The position numbers and the translations under genes are program-made. Under the pieces are notes generated by a model. It searched no databases. It was not told the DNA's origin and saw only the letters and a list, made by a program, of their open reading frames with translations. A stretch of 56,628 nt of DNA, counting the filler, from Sphacelaria rigidula (Eukaryota), in the NCBI GenBank assembly GCA_964200075.2. It is 6 parts of 6 records of this genome, joined end to end, with 100 filler letters (N's around TTAATTAATTAA, not from the genome) between each part and the next. Parts side by side here need not be neighbours in the genome. Positions count along the whole stretch, not along the records: positions 18,913 to 28,267 come from CAXNAA020008689.1; positions 28,368 to 37,722 come from CAXNAA020008690.1; positions 37,823 to 47,175 come from CAXNAA020008691.1; 3 more parts are not named here. One strand, written 5' to 3'. Below, one piece after another: positions 24,846 through 38,949 of this stretch. The first letter of the stretch is position 1. Every line of letters begins with the position of its first letter.

Positions 24846-24990
24846 AATGGGATCGATATTTATATGGGAACGGACTGAGGTCGAAACTGCGTGAAAAGTT
24901 GTATTGCTGCAACTGATACCCCTTCAAACGTGCCTTTGGGCGTTTAAAGGCACTTTTGATGGGGTATCAGTTGTAACATAATGTACAGTA

Positions 24991-25280
24991 ACAATATTTT
25001 GTGACATTGTGGGTCTAGGATACGATTGAGAGTGAAAAGCGGTCGACTAATGAAGTAGTTTCAGTTCCCAAATTCCCCTATACGAGGTCCGATGCGCTTT
25101 CTGTAGTAGCTTGCCACTGAAGCCTTTGATATCCCTGCCTAGGATATCGACGTGTGGCTGTAAGCACACGACAGTGTTAGAGACACGGAAAAGGACATAT
25201 AAAACAAAATGGTCAAGTCAATCGAATAGTAAAACTCATTCTCAATCAACGCTAGATTTTCAGTCTCACGAAAACATTGT
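24991..25280. mobile_element. MITE family 1, copy 2
   Basis: Homologous to 4810-5101; TA-flanked; ends CTCACGAAAACATTGT. Confidence 0.8.
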
Positions 25281-25807
25281 TACATACCATTTCAATCTCA
25301 GTTTGTTCCCCCAGAAAAATCTCGATCCCATTTTAGGGATCTCGTGCTCATGATAAGATGGACGGTCGCTTCGGGGTCATGTCGGGATCCCCTCCCTTAC
25401 TCCGTGTGTACACCGCCGCTATATGGCACACGGACCAACAATAACAGGGAGAGCAGAAAGGATATTTTTTACTCCTCTCCCTGATGATTGACACGGTGGA
25501 GGCGGACCTGATGGGAATGTACCGCACCGACTGCGCTCTCTCCGCACTCTGCATTCTGGTACTTGAGAATATGATGAATGAAGGGTTGCTTCGCCGAAGT
25601 GTACTGAGACAGAAATACACTACATTATCCTGGCGGCTGGCGACTGCACTGGAGCAATGCCACGGTAAAGGTGCATCTTTTCGTTTTAAAGGCTCTTATG
25701 TTCTAGGAACCTTTCGATTACATTTATCTGGGTCTTAGTGTGCAGCTTCAGAAAACGTTCGGGCCGAAAAGTGCACCCCTAAACAGCTGATCATCAAGAT
25801 TGAGGAT

Positions 25808-26170
25808 GGAGTTTTCATTGAGGATGAGAACCGATAGGATTAAAATCTTCGTGTCCACACCAAATATTCGAATATGGTTCCACTCCTTCACTTACTGGTA
25901 CCTATCGACAACTGCTACACGCCCTATAAATTTGGTTTTCGACAGCCGGAATGTTGAGGTCCTGAATGAAGAAACAATTTTGGGGAACTTAGGTGATCCC
26001 ATCGGATCGCCGAAAATCCCCGAAATCGATTTTGTACCTGAGACCCCCAACATTTCAGTTATCGAAATCACATTTTGTATGACGTGTAGTAGTTGTCAAT
26101 GGCTACAACTAGGTGACGACATGAAACCATATTTCGAAGATTTGGTGTGAATGGGAAGATTTTAATCCTC
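25808..26170. mobile_element. Foldback family 3, copy 1 (truncated)
   Basis: Self-complementary around about 26000; homologous to 26663-27112. Confidence 0.75.
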
Positions 26171-26662
26171 CGCATATGTGTCCCAGGCGATCTGTGCAGT
26201 CCACTCAAAGACGGCTGCTTCAAAATTTGCTGCCCCGTGATCATATACTGCACTATGTGCGTGTACGAACCAGCACGCCCAGTACACTTGGGTTTCTATA
26301 CCCGATCCCTCGAAACGAGACCCTACCCGACACGTCGTTAGTGCCTTTCTATTTCTTGGGTGTTAGGTACACACCCAAGAACATGAACTTTGGTAAAAAG
26401 CATAGCTGGAAATGCTTTAACTTCAAACGTTGGAAAAAACAAGTCTGGATCAAATATTCATGTGCGGCTGTATAGACTGCAACGTTCAATTTAAGCCAAT
26501 ACAGAACACAATAACGCTGTTAAGGACGCATTTTGATGCGAAATCAAAAACCTTTTTTGATAATCTTCGACGTGAATTAGGGACAATCCTTGTGTCGGTT
26601 CCTGCCAACATCTATATTATTTGGTGTCTAGTGCTATATTCTTGTATTTCTAGCCAACACCC

Positions 26663-27112
26663 AAGAACACGGGATTTTACACATTGGGGATGGATTTTTC
26701 ATTGAGGATGAGAACTTGAAGAATTAAAGTCTTCGTATCCGCATCAAATCTTCGAAATGTAGTTCCACTCCTTCATCTACTAGTAGCTATTGACGACTAC
26801 TACACGCCATACGAATTTGGATCCTGATAATCGACATGTTGGGGTCCTAGGTGAAGAAACAATTTTGGGGAATGTAGATGACCAGATCAGATCACCGAAG
26901 TTCCCCAAAATTGGTGTTTCATCTAGGACCCCAACATTTCGGTTATCAAAACCTAAACTTGTATGGCGTGCAGTAGTTGTCAATAGCTACCAGCAAGTGA
27001 AGAAATGGAACCATACTTTGAGGATTTGTTGTGGATACGAAGATTTTAATTCTCCGGGTCTCTCACTCTCAATAAAAAATCCACCGCCAGTTTGTAAGAT
27101 CCCGTGTTCAAG
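26663..27112. mobile_element. Foldback family 3, copy 2
   Basis: gaacacgggattttaca... / ...tgtaagatcccgtgttc ends; arms pair in to a centre near 26885. Confidence 0.8.
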
Positions 27113-27895
27113 AAAGGAATAGAAAAAGCACTAACGGCAGGTCGGGCAGGGTATGCAGGTCTGAGGGCTCGGGTATAACACATTAGAGTAAAGTGCCCTA
27201 TAAGGCACGCCTTAAGCCACCCCTGGCGCCAACGGCTGGTCTGATGCCAACAAATCGATTTACAACCATTAACAGGTGTCAGATGATAGCTAACATCACT
27301 CACGACCTTCCTGGAGCAAGAGAAATAAATAAATAAATGGAGGTGATAGAGGCTGAGCGGTATATCATTCGTTCGCTCAAAAAAATCGCGAAAAAATATG
27401 GGTGCTGGCCATATAGGCACACTTTTGCTCAACTAGTGATTGCGCACGTTCCGGAGTGTTTCAGAAGCCCATATTTGGTATGCATATTTGCGTGGTCACT
27501 GGCAGCGATGCGATAAACAAAAACACGCAGGGTCAAAACCAGGGACGTAAATGACATATCCCCGGTTTCTCGGTCTTACAACGATGGGGCAAATTTACCC
27601 GTGTTTTACCCCTTCGCGTGCCCCATGCACATAAAGCAATGCCGGACCAAAAAGTTGATGTTGAAATGACATTTTCGTATCATGTGAAAGCTTTGGGAAA
27701 AAAAACGTGCATTTTGGAGCAAATTTGACGGTTTTATGCTCATTCAAACATGGGCCCTTTTCGCCTGATTTCGCCTTTCGCTACGGTAAGAATGAACACC
27801 GAAATGCGCCAAGCTTTACCTCACGAAAAACACGCTAATTTCAATGCCAAAGTATGCCGCTGAGTACACGCACCCCATCCGTAGTCACAGAAAAG

Positions 27896-27898
<3 letters not shown>

Positions 27899-27923
<25 letters not shown>
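27899..27923. repeat. (TA)n microsatellite
   Basis: About 12 TA units. Confidence 0.9.
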
Positions 27924-27926
<3 letters not shown>

Positions 27927-28267
27927 TCACGCCCAGGGGACAAAAACACCGTGTCCCCGGGTTTTTCGCCAAAGTCTGCCGTACCCCGCCCCCATTCCAA
28001 TGGAGGTGGTAGGATTCCCCCACTTCACCACAAGGTTATCCCCCTCAAGCCGAAAAAATCGCTGGCTGTGCTCTACACCGAGTTCTCGCAAAGTATTAAG
28101 TAGTTTGCAGCTGTTTTGACTCTATTATAGGACCCTCAAAGTGAGGAAATTTCCACTAGTTTTGCATACCGCTACGGCTAGGGTCCACTCCCGAAAACGC
28201 CGAGCTGAGACTGCCATCACAAACACGGCTTTCAATCCCAATGCGTGCCCATTGGCACGCATATCCA

Positions 28268-28367
28268 NNNNNNNNNNNNNNNNNNNNNNNNNNNNNNNNN
28301 NNNNNNNNNNNTTAATTAATTAANNNNNNNNNNNNNNNNNNNNNNNNNNNNNNNNNNNNNNNNNNNN
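28268..28367. other. Artificial contig linker
   Basis: 44 N + TTAATTAATTAA + 44 N. Confidence 0.99.
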
Positions 28368-28649
28368 GGTCAAGGGTCAAACGACTAAGGCAAGCAACAA
28401 ATGAGTACGCCCCCCCTCCCTCCCTTCAGCCGTTAAGTACTGTAGTAGTAATGAACCTGTATCGTACCCCCTTGCTTTTTCTACTGTTGAAACCGATCTT
28501 GCAATTACTATCTGGGCCGCAATACTCGTGGACCTATGCATGCCAAGCGATGTCAAGCGGCTTGTCATTTCGCACGTCCAACATTCATGAATACGAACAC
28601 GATTGGGGTGGCTTCACACGTTCACTCCCTTCCTGGCGTGTAGAAGACC

Positions 28650-28745
28650 GTGTGTGTATGTATGTATGTACGCATGCATGCATTTATTCATTTATGTATT
28701 TATAGATGTATGCTTGCATTTATGTATGTATGTACGTATGTATTG
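28650..28745. repeat. Degenerate (TATG)n microsatellite
   Basis: tatgtatgtatg / catgcatg / tatt units. Confidence 0.8.
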
Positions 28746-28904
28746 ATGGATTATCGCACATCAATTGATCCCCGACGGACCCAGCCGTGGTCAAATGATT
28801 GAGGTACACTAGGTAACAAAAGCGAAAACACTCGGTCGAGAAAAGTGAACAAAACAGAAAGTAAAGCAGATAGAGTAGACTGAGAAACAAAGACAAAAGT
28901 AAGA

Positions 28905-29153
28905 GACCTTTCTACGATACTGCCCCCCCAGAACCAGCCCAAAATTGTCTCGAAGAAAATGGTCATACAGCCCCTGATGTTTGGGCCCATGCTGTATGAG
29001 GCGCCCCATATGGGCGACATCAGCGAAAACGAACCGAAGCGTGGGAATTCCCAGCTGCTCGTTGTGCTCGATTTTTTCTATTTCGATTTGCGTGAAGATT
29101 TTGCCTTCCCATTCCACCCACTTTTGGGGGGAGGGGCTATCGTAGAAAGTGTC
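28905..29153. mobile_element. MITE family 2, copy 2 (opposite orientation)
   Basis: Ends GGGGCTATCGTAGAAAGTGTC; the interior is the reverse complement of 23740-23987. Confidence 0.85.
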
Positions 29154-29469
29154 AAAGGTCCGGCCTCTCCAAGAAGGCTTCAGGTGGAAAAGGTCTTGTG
29201 CTCGTTGCCAGGTTCACGACCACCTCGAGCAAGACTGCGCTGTTGTCATCTGAATGACATGGAATCTTCAAATGTGCCGAGGCTTCAAACTGTAGATGCT
29301 ATTGGCGCTGATGTAACTGTCACGTCGTAGGTGAATTTTGTGCCATGTGTGCCCATGAATCCACGCTGAGCTTACATCCCCTCGTCACGCATATGCCGAC
29401 CATTGTTGTTGAATAAGTAAGAGCTGCCTTGGGTTACATCGCATGGTCGTCAACACAGTAGTCCTGTCA

Positions 29470-32400
29470 GGTTATCGTCTCGTTGGTACGATGAGGTCTT
29501 CCTCGAAAAAAGGGAGGCGCAACATTCGGCGGCAAACCTGGTGACTACCGTGATTGGTACACTCTACAATTGTCATTGATGTCCGACGGTCTCCGCACGA
29601 TAATGACCGGGCAGTGATCGCACCAGCAGCACCAGAAGCTGATGCTTCTCTGATGCGCGGATCCGTGCGCACACCCAAATACTCAGTGAATTCAATGACA
29701 AAAACGGCACGATGTTTGTAAGATTTCTTCTCGCGACAGGTAACAATGCTGAACGCCACGCGAGCGTGCCTGCATAGATAGTTCTTGCACATGCACCCGT
29801 CGGGCCGCTACGCCCTACGGAGATAGCCGGGCAGCCATTATAGCCCTAGATGAATTCCATATCCGGGGTGGTGAGCCTCAGGTGCAAACACTACACGACG
29901 AAATCTCGAAGGCAATGATAGCAGTCAAGGATGGATATGATCCCTCTCCGAACATTCACAAACACCGTCGATCCATTGCAAACACTTGCAGATGAAGTAA
30001 TCTTCGCCAGAGGCAAGCATGCTGTGATCAAGGCATTGCCTGATCCATAGTACGCCCCGTTAAAAGCTGCCCTCGTTTGTGATTAAGGAGCATACGGGTA
30101 CGATTGTGGTAGTGGTCTCAGCTGTAACTGAGTACTACACTCTCCAACTCCGTGACAAGTGCCTCGGGAAATCACGGGCCGAATTGCGCAGAGTAGGATG
30201 GTAACTGCTGTGAGTACACCATACTCAGGCGCGAGGGGATTTCGTCGCCAAACGTCGTGGCCGCGGAGACGTGCGTAACAACTCATCTCGCACTACAAGC
30301 TCCTCCCTCCAGCTGTCTAACAGCACAGGCGGGAGAGCCCCCGGCGAAACCGGACTGGTCGAGAAGAACAAGGAAGAGGACGTGATATCAGGAGAATATA
30401 CAGGCAAGACCGTTGTAACAGTTGTCGACACTCTTTTTCGAGCATGAACGGGATGAGTGCCCCCTTTGCCTCGAGTACGAACGCGGTGACGCTCAGACGG
30501 AGCAAGCTGCAGCGCTACCACCATGCAATACTCCAATACTTCGACGTCGAAGGCTGCAGATGACGTCACCACAGCAGAAACGATTGTTGCAGCGTGATGC
30601 ATGCCTCTGCTTCACGATAATGCGGTCAACAAACTTTCGTGAAGAGCTGTACGTCGATTGTGTAGGAACGCGGCTCACATGGACACCGGACCATCTAGAT
30701 TTGTCGGCTTGATTATTAACTCCACGGTGTGCCATGTGGCAGTCAAAGGGCCATACGGAACAACGATTTCTACCAAACGAGGAACCTAATTGTTCGTATC
30801 AACGAACTACACGAACAGCTTGTTCGGATCTCTCTTGAGGTCCTGATTGTATCCAATCTTGGGCCGATCCTTTCTCGGTTGGTGCCTTAAAAGACAAGGG
30901 CGTGAAAGTTAACCTGGTTTCGTCTCCACTGGACTTCAATCTGGGTCTCACATGCTTACTCCGTCGATCGAAGTGCCACGCCTCTTTATCCTGTCGTTGG
31001 GGCTGGAGACGTGGAAAGGACAAGCGTATGATGGTTTTATTGTAGACCTTGATTTGAGGTATCGGTGATTGGGTCACTGTACCTCCCGTGCACTTATGTC
31101 ACTCGCGAAGAACGAATCAACACTTGTGCAATTTATCGAGAATATCCAGCACGGTGACTGCTACATCTACTTTGTGGGCAAGATGAAGGAACGGAACTGA
31201 CCCCTCTCCCCGTCAGATCGCCCCCAGGGCGCAGACTCGCTCAGCGGTTGTTCACGCAGATTAATGGGGAAAGCACTCTTTGTCATCATATGGTGGTTGT
31301 CAGTATAGTACTATGGTCGCGGACGATATGTTACGAATACGCTAGATCATTCGAATGGAGACGAAGGATGAGTCAGCCGACGACTCCAACTTCAAGTCCG
31401 CGAAGTGGCCGTCCCGAAAGGAGTCTACATTGGCATCATCAAGCGCGACGGTGGTGGCAAATTTTGACTACGTATAACGTTCTAAGGAGACGCACTCGCC
31501 GAGCGCCGTCTTGGGGCTGTAATCGGAGCAGCTCGTTGCTCGATTTTGGGCGCTCCACACATTTCACCGCAACTCTGGTCTGAAGCGATCAAGACCACGG
31601 TTTACATCCGAAATAGGGCTATCACTCAGGTACTTGAAGACGAGGCCCCTCTTGAATTGTGGATGAATAATCCTCTCGGAGAGGGACTCCAGCACATGCG
31701 CAAGTTTGGATCAACCGCTTCTAAAAATATTAAAGAACAAAGCAGAAACGAAAAAATATAACCCCGTGCTCAGAAAATGATCATGGTAGGGTAGAGTACG
31801 AAGGGTAAGATCTACCGACTCCGGACGTCCGAACGACCGCACAAAATTTCGCAGAAGTATCATTTCGGGAAAAGTATACATGTGAGGTAGTCAGCCCCGA
31901 CCTTGAGCACGAACTATTTCCTTATGCTGATTCCGGTTCAAACTGGGATCATCGATCATCTATAGAAAGAGATGAAGATTCTCAGGGCGCAAAATTCAGG
32001 AACCGTCCGCTCCGGCGTCTGATGACCCTCAACGGATTCGGACGAGTGATCGACAGCGTGACCTTCTACCTGATTCGAGACAGTGGTCGCTCCGCACAGG
32101 TGCTGATGTTTACACAGAAGAAGAAATTTTGAGCGCATTGAAAATGCCATGGCTACGGGGAGCTTTGACACCGATGGATCGAAGACTCGAGCTGAGGCAG
32201 AATACATGCCGGGTGATCCTAGCATGTTTGATGAAGCCATGAAAGATTATGCTTTCGAGTGGAGTGCCAGCATTATGGAAGAGTTGCAGTGTTTGGAGAA
32301 ACATAAGGTTTTCGCAAGGGTGGACGTGCTAGCTAATGTCGACACCCAACTCCGCCCATACAGATTCCTGTACCGCAGATGGCACGAGAAGGATAGCAAG

Positions 32401-33300
32401 GTTGGTCGACTCAAGTCGAGAGTCGTGGTGTAAGGATTCTACGAGAAGGAAACTGGAACGGAGAAGGCTGCACCTGTAGCCGCGCAAGAATCTATCCGAC
32501 TGGTGATTGCGAACGCAGCGAAGAACAGGCTACATTTACGCATGGTGATCGTCAACACCGCGTATCCCAGGCAAGAATGAACGATGACGAGCCTCCTGTA
32601 CTTGCCATACCACCGGTGAGATTCAGGCGCATCGGCGAACGGTCGAAGCAGGTGTGGGAGCCGAAGCATGACTGTATGGTCCTCACATCACCCCTCGAGT
32701 TTAGTATCAAAGAATCTATCCATCCCAGATCGGCAAAGCATTTGTGGCAAGACCGGCTGGCTCGTGTTCATGCAACAAAAACGGTGGGGAAGTCTACGAC
32801 TGCAAAACATGGATGATGCCCCCGTATCTCGCAAGAACAGACATGATGTTGAAGGGGTGACGCCAAGTTTTCAACACTGGGAATGGGAATTGGGAGAGAC
32901 TTGAACGCGGGTATCGTCAAGCTGTCACAAGAAGCTCACAAGTTAGGCCGTTTCTGAGGAAACAGATCTTCGCCGAGGAAACAAAAAATGCTTGCCATGG
33001 CTATTGCCACCGGATCCTCAACCAAAACGAGATAGCTATTTTTCGTGGGGAATTGCGGTTGTTGTCGAGGGTCTAATAGTAATAGCCACCGCAGCGTCTC
33101 TCTTTCAGCAACGGCCTCGCTCGTGCTGCGGTTTGCATGTACTTCTCACGCCGCTGCTCGTGTGCAATACCGGTCTATGTGGCGTACATCCTAGCCGTTC
33201 CGCGTTTCTTTCGGATAACGGATTTTCCCCACGAAGCTCACGTTTGGATTGCAAGTCAAGGGTCTTACCGTTTGAGACGCCCAGGGTATCCTTCGGTTGA
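29470..33300 (+). mobile_element. Heavily decayed Ty1/Copia retrotransposon
   Basis: ..CA|GGTTAT PBS-like junction at 29469/29470; gag TFGGKPGDYRDW; protease-like LYVDCVGT; integrase LWSEAIKTTVYIRNRA...APLELW; RT EWSASIMEELQCLEKHKVF, RLKSRVV, APVAAQESIRLVIA. The INT-before-RT order is diagnostic of Copia. Confidence 0.8.
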
Positions 33301-33339
33301 ATCAGCATCATGGAAACTTGATGAATGAATGCAATGCAT

Positions 33340-34485
33340 GAATGATTACCATGCACACAGCTGAGTTCGCATACCTTGGCGTTGCTTCCAGACCAAACTC
33401 GTACATTTCAACGGGAATCAAGTGCCGCATCCGCGCTGCGTGGATACGTCCCCAAAGATCTAATTCCCAACTCTACGTTAGACCCAAAGCCCGGCTCTGT
33501 CTCAAAATCCTACTGATTGCAGAATTGGTGGAAGCTATGCTATACGGATGGGCTACACGGGTATTGCGCCCCGAGCGTTTCGGAGGCCTACGCAATACCC
33601 ACCACAAGCTTACAGGGCCAGCGGTTGGCTTCCGCAAGAAGGATCGCAGTGGACACCAGACTCTTTCGTACAGAGCTGCGCTCGAAATGGCCTGATGGGA
33701 GCGTATCGAGACAACCGTCCGCAAGCGTCAACTTTGGTTCGTGGCCGCGTTTGTCCGACAGGATGGAACACGTCTTCCGAGGCGTATCATGCTCAAGCGA
33801 ATGATTGCACAACCAAAGAAGCTCGCCAACCTCCCATACACGCGGGGGCTGCCTCCAGGAAACCCTGCATGCGCTGGGCGCTGCACCATCCATGGGGAAA
33901 ATAGGGAAGTGGCTGGTGTACAGAAAGGAGGGGGTATAGTCACGAGATTAGGTTACTGCCACCAAGAAAGTGGGCAAATGGCATCAGGGAGTCGAGAGAG
34001 GAGCGGACACGTTCGGTAAGGCGTGGCGATGCAAAGACCTGCACCAATACAACCCACGTCACGAGAGGTTGCTGCGTTGGGAGCCGCCACCAGGAGGTCA
34101 CTACCGCTGACATTCCAACACGAGCAACAACAACCCAAGGGGAATCCGAGGTGGAAATGGTCGACAGAGTGGCCCGCTTTGCCCTTGACCGGCGGTGGAC
34201 AGGAGCGGCGGGAGTAACCTGGAAAGAGGCTTTGTTTTATCGGGTACTCACTGCTTTCCTTGGCATGCGTTTCTGCATATGTACGTTCTGCTTTTTCTGT
34301 GGTCTTGAGTCCCTTCTCTCGCTCCCTTCACTATATTCCTATTTCCTTTATCTCTCTCCATCTGCCTCTTTCCGTTTCCTCTCCTCTTTTTTTCCTTTCT
34401 TCCTCACGCTATGGCCCTCACTTACGCTATAATAGTGTTGAACCTTGCTCCCGCAGAGCTCCTGCCCAGATAGCGTGGCCCCGAC
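33340..34485 (+). mobile_element. 5'-truncated RTE-like LINE (ORF2 C-terminus plus pyrimidine-rich 3' UTR)
   Basis: FAYLG...IKCRIRAAW...LKILLIAELVEAMLYGWAT...ERIETTVRKRQLWFVAAFVRQDGTRLPRRIM is the typical RTE post-RT region. Confidence 0.85.
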
Positions 34486-37400
34486 AAGCAACCAAATTCA
34501 TCACTCAAACAAAGAAAAAAAAATGATTGCACTTCTGCAGACGCTCAAATGCTCAAGTCTCACCGAGAAAAACTGGGCTGCTCTCCAAAAACGGCTCTCG
34601 TACAGAAACACTACTCACGCACGTCCGCCCACCACTTGAAAACTCCAACATCCCACTTTAAATTCTCCTCACTATCCTCAACTGCGCTGAACTTTGATAG
34701 TCGAGTTTTCTCATCATACCCCTATTCATATTATTTCGAAACGAGGCGGTCTCTTTTTTTATCATTTCAGCCCTGAACTTTTATCGTTCGAACGATCTAC
34801 GAGTCAGCGTCCCGGGCTGTATCGTTTCGAAGCAAGGCATACATGGCGGAAAGCTTCGCGCTGAAAGGGTATGCAGGATGCTCGGGGGCAAAGTGTGCGC
34901 GTTGAAGCGGAAACACATGCGATACACGCCAGCAAACACCTACGATTGTGGGTCCCCGAAATATCCGGATGTGATGATCCACACGAAAACCACGCATCGT
35001 CAACCGTGGAACTTGGTGACAAGTTGGGGTGAGTTCTACCGATAACCACGCACGCACTCTGTCGGAGCCAGTCTTATCGAGACAATCGAAGGTCTGTTTG
35101 CTCAGTATCAGCTTGCTATTCACGCCCGGTTATGGTCGCTGCGATACTTCACCCCAAGAAGATCGCCGGGACTCTGTTTACGCAAACTGATCTGAAGCAG
35201 TCTCTTTGAGCCTACTTTTCAAGACTTGCAATAAGAGACAGGAGGCATGGTCGAAGGGGAACATGAACATATCAACGACAGGGTGACATACAAAGACGTA
35301 TCACGAAACTCATCGCGACCACGCTGAGACCTGTAAGTCCCACCGGTCCCGGCTAAACATACCCATGTAGCAAATTACGCTTTACTTTCTATTTTTGTCG
35401 AATGTGATTAATATTTAATTTATCAATTGATCGATTAATTGATTATCCGTACAATAATTGGATGAAGAACGATAAACGTAAACATACACAAAACAGCGGA
35501 TGAGCGACGATACTCAGTCACACTCAAAACTCCACCCATAAGTAAAACTCCGAGAGAGCGACACTATCTACATTGTTCGAACTACCGTCCTGACCTTTGG
35601 CCCTCAAGCTCTCAAACCATCGTTTCTGGCCGTATCCTTTCGAGACAGGTTTGCTTTTCTCTTTTCGACACCAAACCGATTCCCGTAGGAAGGATTTTCG
35701 GTTTAGGTTCGGGGTATAGTCATTTCGAAACGGATTGTTTTTCGGCGCCGATGCCCACCTAAAACGATTTCCGAGGTTCAACGGAACCTCGCGCAAGATG
35801 GTCCCATTCCGTATGTGGGTATTGGCCTCTATTCCCCGATCACTGACCCACCTTCATCCTCTGCCTTGCACATTTTTGCTGCCTCGTTCAGGAGTCTTCA
35901 TATCTACCTTCTGTTGATGCAGCTGACTGCGTCTCTGAGCTCAAGCGCCGTCGTAGCTCGCTTTGTCATGCCAATTTCGGAGTCTGCTTGCATCAAAACG
36001 AAGAGACTGGCTATTGGGACCAATATCCTCTTTGATGTGAGAAAGCAACTATGCTGTACTGTTGTGTCGATCGATTACCCTATTTGTATTGATGCGCGCT
36101 TGTGATGGGATCCAGTTGCGTGTGTATAACGTATGTAGAGAGACGCACTACTTCCAGTGAGTACAGATGGGCATAAAGAGATATACCTTCACACATGGGA
36201 GGTGACGTACGAGGCCTGTAACGACCGACTCAGCCTTCTCTCAGGCACCATCTTGGGTACCTTCTTCGGCCAAAGTATTTTGTTTTGGGGGGGGGGGGGG
36301 GGATTCCTCATCGCAGCAAGATAATTAACACCCGAACGAGAACAGCAACGATCGATGTCCAGACAACCGGGGGTGTATGCTTACGCACCTGCTCAATCAC
36401 TTTACATGGAAACGATCCGCGTGTTAATGTACACTGGAATCATGTCACAACGTCTGGGTTCCTTCTTCTCAAATATACTCCGAGAATCGTCGTTGGGCTC
36501 TTCTGGAGTTAGCCAGGGAGGATTCTCTTATCTTAACAACACGTTGGTTACATGAATAGAGGTCATCCGTGCGCACATCTTTCTACTTATGTCTGCCTAG
36601 CCCTCGTGGACAGTACTGATCCTCATATCCGACCGGTATCTTCGGGATTCTTGCTACACTCGTCCTCATTTTTCGAGCTGACTGGTGGGACTCGCATCGT
36701 CCTCGCTCTCATTTTCCTATAGGACTCATGAGAATCGAGGTCATACTTGTTCGATCTTTCTGCGAATCGACTTGTAGGGTTCGAGTCACACGTGACCCCT
36801 TCTACGAATTGACCTTCAGGATGCGAGTCAGAGTTGTCCTCTTTTTGCGACTAGACCCGTGCAATTCGGGTCGTCCTCGCTCCCATTATCCGAAACGTCT
36901 CGGGCCAAACTCGTCACCATTCCCCTCTAGTAACTACCCGAGTCATACGTCAATCCTCGGGATTCGGGGAAATGCGTTTGACGTCAACTCGAGCCTCACT
37001 TTGTGTCCATTTTTTTTGCTTTTCCAAATACAAACAACAGCTGTCAGCCCATTGGGAATTTAAACTCATATCGGAACTTATATCGGAAAAAAGGTCTCCG
37101 GTTGGCATCTAACACCGGAAACCCCGACGCCGTAGCCGAGTAGCTCCTCTTCGCTTGCGAACACGGCTCTCAATTATAACGTACCAAGTTTTTCGTTTCT
37201 CGTGGTTCCCAACCTTTGATGTATGTATTTTATTCCACCACATTAATTATCTTTCATGTATTTCAATGGTCCGTCTAGCTTCCATCTGCAAGAGTCTGGC
37301 ACCCAAGGGGTCAGGTATCCGAGTGTACACGGTAGCAGGCGGGAAACAGCCGCATGCACACGTGTGCCGCCGGGCTTGGTAGTCTAATTATACACCTTAA

Positions 37401-37722
37401 GCCAATAGGTCGGACAACTGCGGATTTGATTCCTGGGGGTATGCACTCGAGGATTTTGCTGAGAAACATGTGGCTTCCATCGATGAAAAGGTGAGGGAGT
37501 GAGCAGGAAAGACGGTTCATTGGACGAAAGTGCTGATGGTCATGATCCATTACGCGATTCGAATATGCAAGGGGAAGAGATAGTTTGATCCTTTCAGACG
37601 ACGGACTCGCCCCGAGGACTGGGGGTGTACTCACGATCTCGCATGAAGTAGTCATACTCCCTCTGTCCCATAAGTAAAGTCCGCTATGGGCTTTTAATCG
37701 TTTGTGCATTCAAACTCTTCCG

Positions 37723-37822
37723 NNNNNNNNNNNNNNNNNNNNNNNNNNNNNNNNNNNNNNNNNNNNTTAATTAATTAANNNNNNNNNNNNNNNNNNNNNN
37801 NNNNNNNNNNNNNNNNNNNNNN
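37723..37822. other. Artificial contig linker
   Basis: 44 N + TTAATTAATTAA + 44 N. Confidence 0.99.
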
Positions 37823-38199
37823 AAGCACTGTTTTGGGCTTGAGCCTCATCTCGAAGTTAAACCTCAATTCTCACAATTTGTTGTTAGCAGGTGTCGTAGA
37901 GCCACGCAAAATAACCGAAGGAAACATTCGATCACTCGATGTACCCCAAGCGTTCACGCGCATCATGGTTGCAAGGACAGGGTGCACGGGGTCGGCAACA
38001 AAACGGCAATGGTACAAATTGCCAACCCGTCGACTTGACATGTAAAGCTAAAACGCAACACGGTTTTTGAGCTATATCACCTCAACACAAGAGACGAAAA
38101 AGCGGAAAAACTTCATGATATAGTAGTCAGCATCAGAAGTTTTCAGAATTCGCAGTTGTTCTATTTTTTGAGGTTTTCTGGAGTACTGTTCTTCACTAC

Positions 38200-38760
38200 T
38201 ACTTGAAAGTGCTAGCGCCGGCAGATTTAGGGAGAAAGTGTAGGCTGCGCTCAAACTGCAGTGCTCAAGTTGGTGTTTTTGGGGCGATACGGACTTGACA
38301 CCCCGTTTATCAGGAGGGTGTTATTGACCGTTTTTGCTTCAATGTAAGCAGTTTGCCCGCTCTTCAGCGACGAAACGGTAAATATTCAGATAAATTTATA
38401 CGTATTAAATTCTTCACAATAACGATCGAGATCGTGTTTCCCTCCTATGCTGCACAGACCTCTGTCTAGCATTTTATGCGGATGGCTTATTTTCGGGGGG
38501 GTTCACATTAAATTTTCCATGAGCACTCGAAAGTGCTAGCGTCGAACGTTTTTGCAAATAAGTAAACCGTGCTCAAATCACAATCGCCCAAGTTGGTGTC
38601 GTGGGGGCGATACCGGGTAAAGACCTCGTTTATCAGGAGGGTGTTACTGACCGTAATTGGTTCAACAAACATAGTTTTCCTGCTTTAGCGCAGTGGCTAG
38701 GTCGAATTTAAAAAAAAAAACTCTTTGAGTCTTCATTTATATGATCCGGATCGAGTCGGT
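38200..38760 (+). repeat. Diverged direct repeat, 2 copies, period ~325 bp
   Basis: gaaagtgctagcg...caagttggtgt...ggggcgatac...gtttatcaggagggtgtta occurs twice. Confidence 0.75.
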
Positions 38761-38949
38761 CTACCGAAAATACCGAAAAACTAGAGCCTGGGGTCGTATT
38801 TTCGCAGGGCCTCCGAAGATCGGTCAAGCCCGTAAGTCATTCATTATTAATCGCAAATAATTTTCCTTTCAATATTTTTCAAGAGATATAAAATATCTCC
38901 GGATGCCCATTTGTTGGCATCCAACAGTCACTGTGATGAGTGGTGGCAA

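Noticed and set aside
33922-34485. PPT plus 3' LTR of the contig-4 Copia
   Set aside because: The sequence continues the RTE LINE ORF2 and 3' UTR, and there is no matching 5' LTR.
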